Below are positions 17,176-24,683 of a stretch of DNA of 57,804 bases, one piece after another. The DNA is from Patescibacteria group bacterium. Lineage in GTDB: Bacteria > Patescibacteriota > Minisyncoccia > Phycocordibacterales > UBA12079. Position 1 is the first letter of the stretch; each line of letters opens with the position of its first letter. A program made the translations under genes and the position numbers. The DNA is taken from assembly GCA_034661035.1 (NCBI GenBank), contig JAYEKM010000029.1, positions 1-57,804 on the forward strand, given 5' to 3'. The notes beneath the pieces are model-generated. The model did not search any database and was not told the DNA's origin. It saw only the letters and a program-made list of their open reading frames with translations.

Positions 17176-17399
17176 GCGTGTGTAGCTCAGTTGGTAGAGC
17201 GCAGAGCTTATAATTTCAAGTGAGGATAATTAGAAATTTGTGTGGGCGTATAGCTCAGTTGGTAGAGCGCAGAGCTTATACCTCTGTGGTCCCAGGTTCA
17301 AGTCCTGGTACGCCCACACATATTTTTAGTTTATCCGAACGCAGGAATTATATCGTAGATATACCTCTGTGGTCCCAGGTTCGAGTCCTGGCACACGCA
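17176..17399 (+). tRNA. tRNA-Ile(UAU)-like gene interrupted in the anticodon loop by a 151-nt insert that contains another tRNA
   Basis: 5' half 17176-17212: GCGTGTG TA GCTC AGTTGGTA GAGC G CAGAG CTTATA. 3' half 17364-17399: C CTCTG TGGTC CCAGG TTCGAGT CCTGG CACACGC A. All stems are complementary. The junction is ambiguous within the repeated ATA. Confidence 0.55.
17244..17316 (+). tRNA. tRNA-Ile(UAU)
   Basis: 73-nt cloverleaf: acceptor GGGCGTA/TACGCCC, D-arm GCTC-AGTTGGTA-GAGC, anticodon arm CAGAG-CTTATAC-CTCTG, T-arm CCAGG-TTCAAGT-CCTGG, discriminator A. Confidence 0.85.
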
Positions 17400-17414
17400 C
17401 AAATATAAACTTTT

Positions 17415-18125
17415 TTAATCAATTTTTTCAACCTCTTCGATCTCTTTAATACCAAAAGCGTATTCAAGCACCTGTTTTCTAACATTTTTATTAAATAAAA
17501 AACCACTATGTCCTGACCAAATATCCTGATGACTAGAAGTCCCTACATCAGACAGAGGAAATAGCACAATAGGATCAATGTAACCCCCAAAACTAAAAGT
17601 TGGAACACTGACATCTTCAGGCGTCTCTAAAAAGTCTTTTGATTCATCAATTCCAAAACCGTTCATCTGGTGGGGCGAAGCCATAGTTATAAATTTTGCG
17701 ATATTAGCATTCTCGGCTCTATCAATCATAGTTTTTGCCAGCACTCCACCATAACTATGAGCAATAACAAAAGTTGGCTTATTATCGTTCAAGATGATAA
17801 CTCCTTTACCAACAATTTCTTCTGTTTTATCATCCTGCCAATATATGTACATACTGTCATCTAGAAAAACGATCTCCTTGTCTGGAAAATTAAAGTCTAA
17901 ATCTTTTTTCCATCTAAATAAATAAAACTTTGGTGTACTTATCCCAGGCACAAAAAGAATTCTCTCAAATTCTAAATCACAGATCTCAAAATCTAAATGA
18001 TTAACCCCCGTTCCTGCAAAACGATTTAAAAAAATCACCACCAAAATCAACAAAAATATTAAAAGAATATTTTTAAGTATATTAACCAATATTTTTATAA
18101 ATTTAAAAATTTTATTTTTCTTCAT
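17415..18125 (-). CDS. Alpha/beta hydrolase (lipase/esterase-like), membrane anchored
   Basis: N-terminal TM. Nucleophile elbow AHSYGG (GxSxG type). Overlaps the ftsH stop by 14 nt. Confidence 0.55.
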   Translation of the reverse strand: MKKNKIFKFIKILVNILKNILLIFLLILVVIFLNRFAGTGVNHLDFEICDLEFERILFVPGISTPKFYLFRWKKDLDFNFPDKEIVFLDDSMYIYWQDDKTEEIVGKGVIILNDNKPTFVIAHSYGGVLAKTMIDRAENANIAKFITMASPHQMNGFGIDESKDFLETPEDVSVPTFSFGGYIDPIVLFPLSDVGTSSHQDIWSGHSGFLFNKNVRKQVLEYAFGIKEIEEVEKID

Positions 18126-20094
18126 CTACCAAACCTAATAATTTATTGTTATCTTTTTGAGAAGAAGGATTCGGTTCTATCCCATTCAAGATCAAAAGTT
18201 TCTCATACTCATCTCTTTCTAGGGTTTCTACCTTCATAAGCTTTTTGGAAATCATTTCTACTGCCTTTTTATTATTTTCCAAAAGAATTTTAACCTTATC
18301 TACCATCTCTTGAATTATTTTATCTACTTCTCGATCAATTTCTCTTGCTGTTTCTTCAGAGTAAAGCACTTTGCTAGTAGGATAACCCTGAAGAAACATT
18401 TTTCCTGTCTTTTCGAAAGCAATTGGACCTAACTTTTCAGACATTCCATATTTAGTAACCATGTTTCTCGCTAATTTAGAAGCTACTTGTAGGTCATTTG
18501 AAGCCCCTGTTGTCACATCTCCAAAGAATATTTTCTCTGTTAAATAACCACCAAGAGAAACACCAATATCATCCAAGAAATATTTTTTAGAATAGAGACT
18601 TTTTTCCTCATCAGGTAATTTAATAGTATAACCAGCTGCTTGTCCTCGAGAAATAACCGAAATCTTATGGACTGGATCAGCGTTCTCTAAAAGAGTAGCT
18701 GTTAAGGCATGACCTACTTCGTGGTAAGCAATGATCTCTTTCTCTTTCTTAGTAATAATATGACTCTTCCTTTCCGGTCCAAGCATAACTTTTTCAATAG
18801 AACGAATTAAATCAAATTGTGAAATCTTTTTGCGTCCCTCTCTAGCAGCTAAAATAGCCCCTTCATTCATAAGCGAATACAAATCTGCCCCAGAAAAACC
18901 AGGGGTTCTCTCTGCTATTATTCTTAACACTACATCATCAGCAAAAGGTTTCTTTTTAGAATGAATTTCTAGAATAGCTTCTCTATCGGACCTATCAGGT
19001 AAATCAATAGTCACTCTTCTATCAAATCTACCTGGACGAAGTAAGGCTGGATCAAGCACATCAGGACGGTTAGTAGCAGCAATAACGATAACTTTTCCAT
19101 TTGGATCAAAACCGTCCATCTCTACTAAAATCTGGTTCAGAGTTTGTTCTCTTTCATCGTTTCCTCCACCAACACCAGTCCCTCTAACACGTCCCACCGC
19201 ATCAATTTCATCAATAAAAATTATAGCAGGGGCTGTTTTCTTAGCAGTTTTAAATAAATCACGAACACGAGAGGCACCCACTCCCACAAACATTTCTACA
19301 AATTCAGAACCAGAAATTGAAAAGAAAGGAACTTTAGCTTCCCCAGCGACAGCCCTAGCTAATAAAGTCTTTCCTGTTCCTGGAGAACCCATTAAAATCA
19401 CTCCTTTAGGAATCTGTGCTCCAATATCTAAAAACTTTTTAGGATTCTTAAGAAAATCAACAATTTCGTTTAACTCCTCTTTAGCTTCTTTTACACCAGC
19501 CACATCCTTAAAAGTAATTTTTTCTTTCTTATCAGAGGGGTCTGTAAATCTTGCTTTAGAACTACCGAAACTGAAGGCTTGTACATTAGCCCCTTTCACC
19601 TGTCGAGATAAATACCAAATGAAAATAAGGATAAATAGAATTGGAATAAGAAAAGGTAAAGTCATCAAAAACCAATATCCAAAACCGCTTGGATTTTTTA
19701 TCGAGATATCAATACTACTTAATTGTTCTGGTAAAATCCCATAATTGGCTAAAGATTCAGATAGAGATGACTCTACCTCTTTTTTAGTTTCTTTAACCGA
19801 ATCATCATTGAAAGTTATTAATAATTTTTCCCCTTCTACAGAAACACTCTTTACTTCTTCCTCCAAAATACCGGCCACAAATTCTGACATAGAAATCTCT
19901 ACTGGTTTTTCTGTCTTGTTAACAAAAGTGGAATAAATAACTGAAGCCAATAAGAAAATAATCAGAACATTTATAAAGCTACTGGCAAAATTGAACTTTT
20001 TATTCTTTTTCCCAAATCCAAAGTCAAAGTTACCTTTCTTACTTTTTCCTTTTTTAGTATTTTTCTTTTGCACCACGGTAAAATTATTATACAT
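18112..20094 (-). CDS. ftsH: ATP-dependent zinc metalloprotease FtsH
   Basis: Two TM segments. AAA+ Walker A GSPGTGKT and Walker [12 protein letters not shown] region, zinc motif HEVGHAL. Confidence 0.95.
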   Translation of the reverse strand: MYNNFTVVQKKNTKKGKSKKGNFDFGFGKKNKKFNFASSFINVLIIFLLASVIYSTFVNKTEKPVEISMSEFVAGILEEEVKSVSVEGEKLLITFNDDSVKETKKEVESSLSESLANYGILPEQLSSIDISIKNPSGFGYWFLMTLPFLIPILFILIFIWYLSRQVKGANVQAFSFGSSKARFTDPSDKKEKITFKDVAGVKEAKEELNEIVDFLKNPKKFLDIGAQIPKGVILMGSPGTGKTLLARAVAGEAKVPFFSISGSEFVEMFVGVGASRVRDLFKTAKKTAPAIIFIDEIDAVGRVRGTGVGGGNDEREQTLNQILVEMDGFDPNGKVIVIAATNRPDVLDPALLRPGRFDRRVTIDLPDRSDREAILEIHSKKKPFADDVVLRIIAERTPGFSGADLYSLMNEGAILAAREGRKKISQFDLIRSIEKVMLGPERKSHIITKKEKEIIAYHEVGHALTATLLENADPVHKISVISRGQAAGYTIKLPDEEKSLYSKKYFLDDIGVSLGGYLTEKIFFGDVTTGASNDLQVASKLARNMVTKYGMSEKLGPIAFEKTGKMFLQGYPTSKVLYSEETAREIDREVDKIIQEMVDKVKILLENNKKAVEMISKKLMKVETLERDEYEKLLILNGIEPNPSSQKDNNKLLGLVDEEK

Positions 20095-20127
20095 TCCCTA
20101 AGTAAAATATGCTAATATTATGAACAT

Positions 20128-20580
20128 ATGACAGTTTTTATAAAAAATAAAAAAATAGGGCTTAAGTACGAAATCTTAGAAAAATTAGAAGCGGGTATCA
20201 AATTGTCTGGTTTTGAAGTGAAATCTGTAAAGAATAATAGAGGTTCACTGGAAGGTTCTCATATCACAGTTAGAGGGAACGAGGCTATTTTGCTTAATGC
20301 TAATATTCCACCCTACCAACCAAATAATACACCTGACGACTACAATCCTGAAAGAAATAGACGCTTACTTCTAAAGAAGAAAGAGATCGATAAATTAGCC
20401 AATTTAGAGTCACAAAAAGGGTTGACAATAGCCCCTATTTCAATGTATAGTAAGGGTAGAAAAGTTAAAGTGGAAATTGCGATAGTGAAAGGAAAAAAGA
20501 AGTATGACCATAGAGAAACACTTAAGAAAAAGACTGCTCAGAGAGATATTGATCGTGAAATGAAAAGAGAGTATCGATAG
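20128..20580 (+). CDS. smpB: SsrA-binding protein SmpB
   Basis: 150 aa, conserved GxEVKS and NRRLLLKKKEI motifs. Immediately upstream of the tmRNA. Confidence 0.9.
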   Translation: MTVFIKNKKIGLKYEILEKLEAGIKLSGFEVKSVKNNRGSLEGSHITVRGNEAILLNANIPPYQPNNTPDDYNPERNRRLLLKKKEIDKLANLESQKGLTIAPISMYSKGRKVKVEIAIVKGKKKYDHRETLKKKTAQRDIDREMKREYR

Positions 20581-20650
20581 AACTTTGACAAAAAAGAGGA
20601 TCCCCTGCTACGTTAAAGCTGTGTAGGGTAAAATTTTCTTTAAAAATTTT

Positions 20651-21037
20651 GGGGATGTTTTGGCTTCGCCAATAGTTTTCCTTTTATTATGTGCTGTATC
20701 GAGCTCTCTATTATACTCGTAAAAGAATAGAACTGAATAAGTGCAAACTTATCCAAAAAAGCAGGAAATGTGGCTTCGCCTTATTTCCCTGCTCCAGCTC
20801 TAGCTTTCGCTTAAGCCGGCATCCAATGAACTGAATTCTGATAGGTTCGTCTGGGTGTAATATTATCAGAATACGGAAGTTTGAATTTTTTCGGCAAACT
20901 TCAGAAAATTTAGAAAATCGGAAAGAAAGAGTTTTGTTTGCTTTATATCTTTTTAACTTAAACACAAAAACAAACTATATACCGTAGAATCATAATAAAT
21001 CAATTATTGCATGTGGGTTCGAATCCCGCCATCTCCA
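20651..21037 (+). ncRNA. ssrA: tmRNA (ssrA)
   Basis: tRNA-Ala-like ends: 5' GGGGATG pairs with 3' CATCTCC, including the G3:U pair. T-arm GTGGG-TTCGAAT-CCCGC, discriminator A. Internal tag frame ends ...PAPALAFA-TAA (stop 20812-20814). Located after smpB. Confidence 0.85.
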
Positions 21038-21038
21038 C

Positions 21039-21276
21039 TACTTCGCTTTCCGCTACGCTACAAGCTTCGTAGTGCAGGCACAATAGATCACTTATTTTAA
21101 GTGATTTTTTGTTTGGCGAAGTAGTGTCCTCTGTAGCTTTATGCGAAAGAGGGCTATTACTTCGCTTTCCGCTACGCTACAAGCTTCGTAGTGCAGGCAC
21201 AATAGATCACTTATTTTAAGTGATTTTTTGTTTGGCGAAGTAGTGTCCTCTGTAGCTTTATGCGAAAGAGGGCTAT
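21039..21276 (+). repeat. Two identical tandem copies of a 119-bp unit
   Basis: The unit starting tacttcgctttccgctacgctacaagcttcg... repeats with period 119 (cttcgc at 21041 and 21160). Each copy contains the terminator-like hairpin ATCACTTA-ttt-TAAGTGAT plus a T-run. Confidence 0.85.
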
Positions 21277-21286
21277 AATATTTAAT

Positions 21287-21526
21287 ATGCACTATGTTTA
21301 TATTTTAAAAAGTCAAAAAGATAACAGTCATTATATTGGTAGTTCCTCTAACCTGAAAAATCGGATAATTGCTCACAACCAAAACACAGTGAAATCTACA
21401 AAAGCAAAAACTCCCTATATAATAAAATGGTACTGTGCATTTCCTACCAAAGAAAAAGCTTTAATTTTTGAAAAATATTTAAAAACAGGCTCTGGTATAG
21501 CTTTTTATAGAAAACGATTTTTATAA
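21287..21526 (+). CDS. Stand-alone GIY-YIG nuclease domain protein
   Basis: MHYVYILKSQKDNSHYIGSSSNLKNRIIAHN... matches the GIY-YIG pattern (YVYIL...YIGSS...R...H). The ORF-track start 21260 lies inside the repeat; ATG 21287 follows a TATAAT. Confidence 0.8.
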   Translation: MHYVYILKSQKDNSHYIGSSSNLKNRIIAHNQNTVKSTKAKTPYIIKWYCAFPTKEKALIFEKYLKTGSGIAFYRKRFL

Positions 21527-21660
21527 ATAATTTTACTTAGTGATTTGTGACCGATTCCCGCCATAGATTTAATAGAGAAGAGATTAAACAAATGGAAACA
21601 ATCACATTGGTTCTCATCTATTTGATTATTAAAGGATCAAAAAAGCAAGAAACAAACCAA

Positions 21661-21685
21661 AAACCACTCTTTGAGTGGTTTTAAA
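21661..21685 (+). terminator. Hairpin/terminator
   Basis: AAACCACTC-ttt-GAGTGGTTT followed by T/A-rich sequence. Confidence 0.35.
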
Positions 21686-21711
21686 ATTATCCACAACTCA
21701 ACCAAAAATAC

Positions 21712-21739
21712 TTGACATTTAATCCACTTTTGATAATAT
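21712..21739 (+). promoter_or_regulatory. Candidate sigma70-type promoter
   Basis: Consensus TTGACA (21712-21717), 16-nt spacer, TAATAT (21734-21739). A TTATCCACA 9-mer lies 16 nt upstream. Confidence 0.45.
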
Positions 21740-21745
21740 ATAATT

Positions 21746-21818
21746 GTACTTGAGTTGTAGCTTGCTATAACTTAAGTACATTGAAAAACATCGTCTTCGG
21801 ACGGTGTTTTTCATTTTT
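21746..21818 (+). ncRNA. Candidate small RNA or attenuating 5' leader
   Basis: 16-bp hairpin GTACTTGAGTTGTAGC/GCTATAACTTAAGTAC with two G-U pairs, valid only on the + strand. It is followed by the terminator AACATCGTC-UUCG-GACGGTGTT plus a T-run. It starts about 7 nt after the -10 element and lies 75 nt upstream of the 21893 gene. Confidence 0.45.
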
Positions 21819-21892
21819 ACATAATTTTGATAACATCCTAGTTTCTGTTATGATGTTAGCTAATCTCGTTATTAACTAAGTAAATTGAATAT

Positions 21893-22843
21893 ATGACAAA
21901 CAAAAATATAGCTATTTTAATAATTATTATCTTGTTAGCAGTTATTGGTTTCAAGTTTTTCGGAGGAGAATCTAAAGGCATTTCTCCTAAAGAAGCTCAA
22001 ACTAGGGTCCAAGAATTAATTGATATGAACCCTGATAACCTTGCAGTAATTAAAAGCGTAGTGGAAGAAGGAGGTGTCTACAAGATAACTGTGGTTTTGG
22101 GAGAACAAGAATTTTACTCTTACCTAAGTAAAGATGGTTCAAAATTTTTCCCAGAAGCGATTGATTTAGGAGAACTCAACGACCTTCAAAAAGAAGCTCC
22201 TAAGCAAGAGGTTTCTGCTAAGTCTAATAAACCCGTTGTAGAACTTTTCGTAATGAGCCACTGTCCTTACGGAACTCAAATTGAAAAAGGTATCTTACCC
22301 GTTCTGGAAACATTAGGGGATAAAATAGACTTTGAATTAAAGTTCTGTGATTACGCTATCCACGACAAAATTGAGTTGAATGAACAAACTCAACAATATT
22401 GTATTGGAGAACAAAGTAAGGATAAACTGTTAAGCTACTTAAAATGTTTTCTTGAAGACGGCAACTCCTCTCGTTGTTTGTCACAATCTGAAATCAATAA
22501 CTCAACCCTACAAACTTGTATAAGCAATACAAACACCAAATATAATACTTTGGTAGATTACGAAGACAAAAGTACTTGGACAAAAATGAATCCTCCTTCC
22601 CCGATATTCAATATCCACAAGGAAGATAACCTTAAATATAAAGTAGAAGGTTCTCCTGAATTAGTTATTAACGAGGAAAAAATCTTAACTTACAGAGATC
22701 CACAAAGTTTGTTAACAGCAATCTGTTCAGCCTTCAAAAATGCCCCTGAAGAATGTTCGCAAACTTTATCTTCCGAAGCCTTTGCTCCTGGTTTTGGTTT
22801 TTCTAACACAGGAGAGAGCTCAACTGATGCAACTTGTAATTAA
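21893..22843 (+). CDS. Membrane-anchored secreted protein with thioredoxin-like domain
   Basis: N-terminal TM. Segment VVELFVMSHCPYGTQ resembles a thioredoxin/glutaredoxin-fold active-site region with a single Cys. Many additional Cys. Confidence 0.4.
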   Translation: MTNKNIAILIIIILLAVIGFKFFGGESKGISPKEAQTRVQELIDMNPDNLAVIKSVVEEGGVYKITVVLGEQEFYSYLSKDGSKFFPEAIDLGELNDLQKEAPKQEVSAKSNKPVVELFVMSHCPYGTQIEKGILPVLETLGDKIDFELKFCDYAIHDKIELNEQTQQYCIGEQSKDKLLSYLKCFLEDGNSSRCLSQSEINNSTLQTCISNTNTKYNTLVDYEDKSTWTKMNPPSPIFNIHKEDNLKYKVEGSPELVINEEKILTYRDPQSLLTAICSAFKNAPEECSQTLSSEAFAPGFGFSNTGESSTDATCN

Positions 22844-22864
22844 TTACAAGTAAAAAATTATTTT

Positions 22865-22892
22865 AAAAAACCGCCCACTCAAGCGGTTTTTT
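22865..22892. terminator. Bidirectional terminator between convergent genes
   Basis: AAAAAACCGC-ccactcaa-GCGGTTTTTT. Confidence 0.6.
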
Positions 22893-24444
22893 ATTTTAAG
22901 GAAAACACCCCTTGAGGAATCTCAAATTGGTTAATTACTTCTTGATTCAGATCATTACGTTTAACAAAAACTATATTTTTTTCATCTACAAAAACAGGAG
23001 ACCAATTAACATCTTGGATCCTATCAATTAAGAACTTTTGTCCCCAAGGAGTAGCATCATGTCGATAAAAAATTATTGTATTAAAATTATATTCTCTGTC
23101 CTTCTCCAACCAAACACTACTGTCCTCCTGCATTGGTATATAGACATCCTGGAAAAAATCAATAGGATATGTTTCAGGTCTATTATCAACAAAAACTTTT
23201 TCTTGAGGAAATAAATTATAAATCAAATAACCTCCGATATCATAATTATTGAAGATAGGTCCTTTTAAGTTATTTTCTTGAAAAAAAGAAATTGTCTTGT
23301 TCTGCCTGTTATCTAGACCTAAACCGAAATCATTAATATTGTTAATCGGTAAATATCTCCCGTAACTAATGAAAATCAGAAAAACAACAGTTAGCGCTAT
23401 TGATACAGCTAAAATTCTTTTATTAAGCGTCTCAAAACTTAAACAGGGCCAAATGATTTTTATGTTTTTCGCAAAAATTGGTAAAGACATAAAGGAAAAC
23501 AAGGTGATATTTCTAATAGACCAACAAGCCATAAAAGTAAACCCTGTAGCTAAAAATAAATTTACTAAAGGAAATTTTTTCCTTTTTTTTATCAAAATCC
23601 AAACAAAAGACAATATGAGTAAACCTAAAATAAATTCAAAAAGTAAGAAAGAAGGGTTATTAATATTTAGTTTTTCTAAGAACCAGATAGATTGTTCCTC
23701 TAAAACAAGATACCCCCTCCCTTCATAAATCCTGAAAGGATAAAAAACATTTTTCCAACCAAATGGATTTACAAAAGAAGCTAAAAAAGTAGCAGAGAAA
23801 ACAATGGTTAATGGCTTCAAAAAAGACTTTTGTCCCTTTAGATAAAAGATTATTTTTTCTAGAAGAAACGCACCGATAATTACAGGTCCTAAGAAAAAAT
23901 AGATGTGAAGATTAACCCACAATATCTCTAAAATAGGCAAAAACCAGAGCCATCTAATTGAAATCTCTTTATTTCGATATAACCACAGAATATAGATAAA
24001 ACTCGCAGAGAAAAGACAACTAAGAACCTCTGGTCTTATTTCTTTACGATATGCCATTAACGGAATCAAAGCTATAGATAAGATGGTAGCCACGACTAAT
24101 CCAGCTTCTTTTTTAGCAACCTTAAAAAGTATTAGGAAAGTAAAAATGGCTAAAAATATGCTAAATAAGTGAAGCAAAGTGAAACCACCAATTCCGTGGA
24201 TAAAATAGAAGATAACCCCTGTCCCCCAGTGGTGATTCAGAAATGGATATTGGGTATGAGTAAAAGAATAAAAATTAGTATTTAGCACTCCCCAAAAGTT
24301 TCCTTGGAAAATTTGCTCTCCATTTTTTATGAAACGACCTAAATCAGCTGTTACCAAGTCAAGTTGTTGAAAAAGGAAAAAACAAAGCCATAAAACTAGA
24401 AAAAACCCAATAACCAAGCTAAAATATCTTTTATTTTTTTGCAT
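22891..24444 (-). CDS. Large polytopic membrane protein (possible GT-C type glycosyltransferase)
   Basis: 517 aa, at least 10 TM segments followed by a soluble C-terminal domain. No catalytic motif recognised with confidence. Confidence 0.4.
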   Translation of the reverse strand: MQKNKRYFSLVIGFFLVLWLCFFLFQQLDLVTADLGRFIKNGEQIFQGNFWGVLNTNFYSFTHTQYPFLNHHWGTGVIFYFIHGIGGFTLLHLFSIFLAIFTFLILFKVAKKEAGLVVATILSIALIPLMAYRKEIRPEVLSCLFSASFIYILWLYRNKEISIRWLWFLPILEILWVNLHIYFFLGPVIIGAFLLEKIIFYLKGQKSFLKPLTIVFSATFLASFVNPFGWKNVFYPFRIYEGRGYLVLEEQSIWFLEKLNINNPSFLLFEFILGLLILSFVWILIKKRKKFPLVNLFLATGFTFMACWSIRNITLFSFMSLPIFAKNIKIIWPCLSFETLNKRILAVSIALTVVFLIFISYGRYLPINNINDFGLGLDNRQNKTISFFQENNLKGPIFNNYDIGGYLIYNLFPQEKVFVDNRPETYPIDFFQDVYIPMQEDSSVWLEKDREYNFNTIIFYRHDATPWGQKFLIDRIQDVNWSPVFVDEKNIVFVKRNDLNQEVINQFEIPQGVFSLK

Positions 24445-24449
24445 AATTT

Positions 24450-24651
24450 ACCCTATTAAATGAGATTTGGCCCGATTCATAAATAATAATTTCTTAACTA
24501 AAAAGCTCCTCTCATAATACTTTATTATCTTGTTTCTTTAAATCTTAAATTTAAATCTTTACAACACATATGAAAGTATTTTCCTCATTCTTACAAATTG
24601 TAACACAACACATATATATCTTTATCAAAATTTAAATTTATTTAACAGGGT
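24450..24651. repeat. Intergenic unit bounded by ACCCTRTTAAAT inverted repeats (copy A)
   Basis: accctattaaat (24450-24461) and atttaacagggt (24640-24651). The proximal arm sits 5 nt upstream of the ATG at 24444. Confidence 0.55.
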
Positions 24652-24683
24652 GAATTCTACCAAAAAAGGCTCTTCCTGACACC

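Larger units (their letters stand above)
21038..21564 (+). mobile_element. Possible GIY-YIG cassette inserted at the tmRNA 3' end
   Basis: TCCCGCCAT from the tmRNA 3' end (21024-21032) recurs at 21556-21564, just after the GIY-YIG ORF. The interval holds only a 2 x 119-bp repeat and the ORF. Confidence 0.35.

Noticed and set aside
17213-17363. Group I intron in the tRNA anticodon loop
   Set aside because: 151 nt is shorter than the bacterial tRNA group I introns I know of, which are about 200 nt or more. Half of it is a canonical tRNA cloverleaf, and I could not find P3-P7-type pairings.
17220-17408. 62-aa ORF
   Set aside because: It is composed entirely of tRNA sequence: the inner tRNA and the 3' half of the outer tRNA.
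21039-21276. Possible CRISPR array
   Set aside because: There are only two directly abutting identical 119-bp units, with no spacers and no cas genes. It is a tandem duplication.
20711-21292. ORFs 20711-20965 (-) and 21092-21292 (-)
   Set aside because: The first lies inside the tmRNA. The second is made of the 119-bp tandem repeat.
21593-21685. 30-aa ORF METITLVLIYLIIKGSKKQETNQKPLFEWF
   Set aside because: It has no convincing RBS or promoter, and its 3' end is the terminator hairpin. It is too short to support without conservation data.
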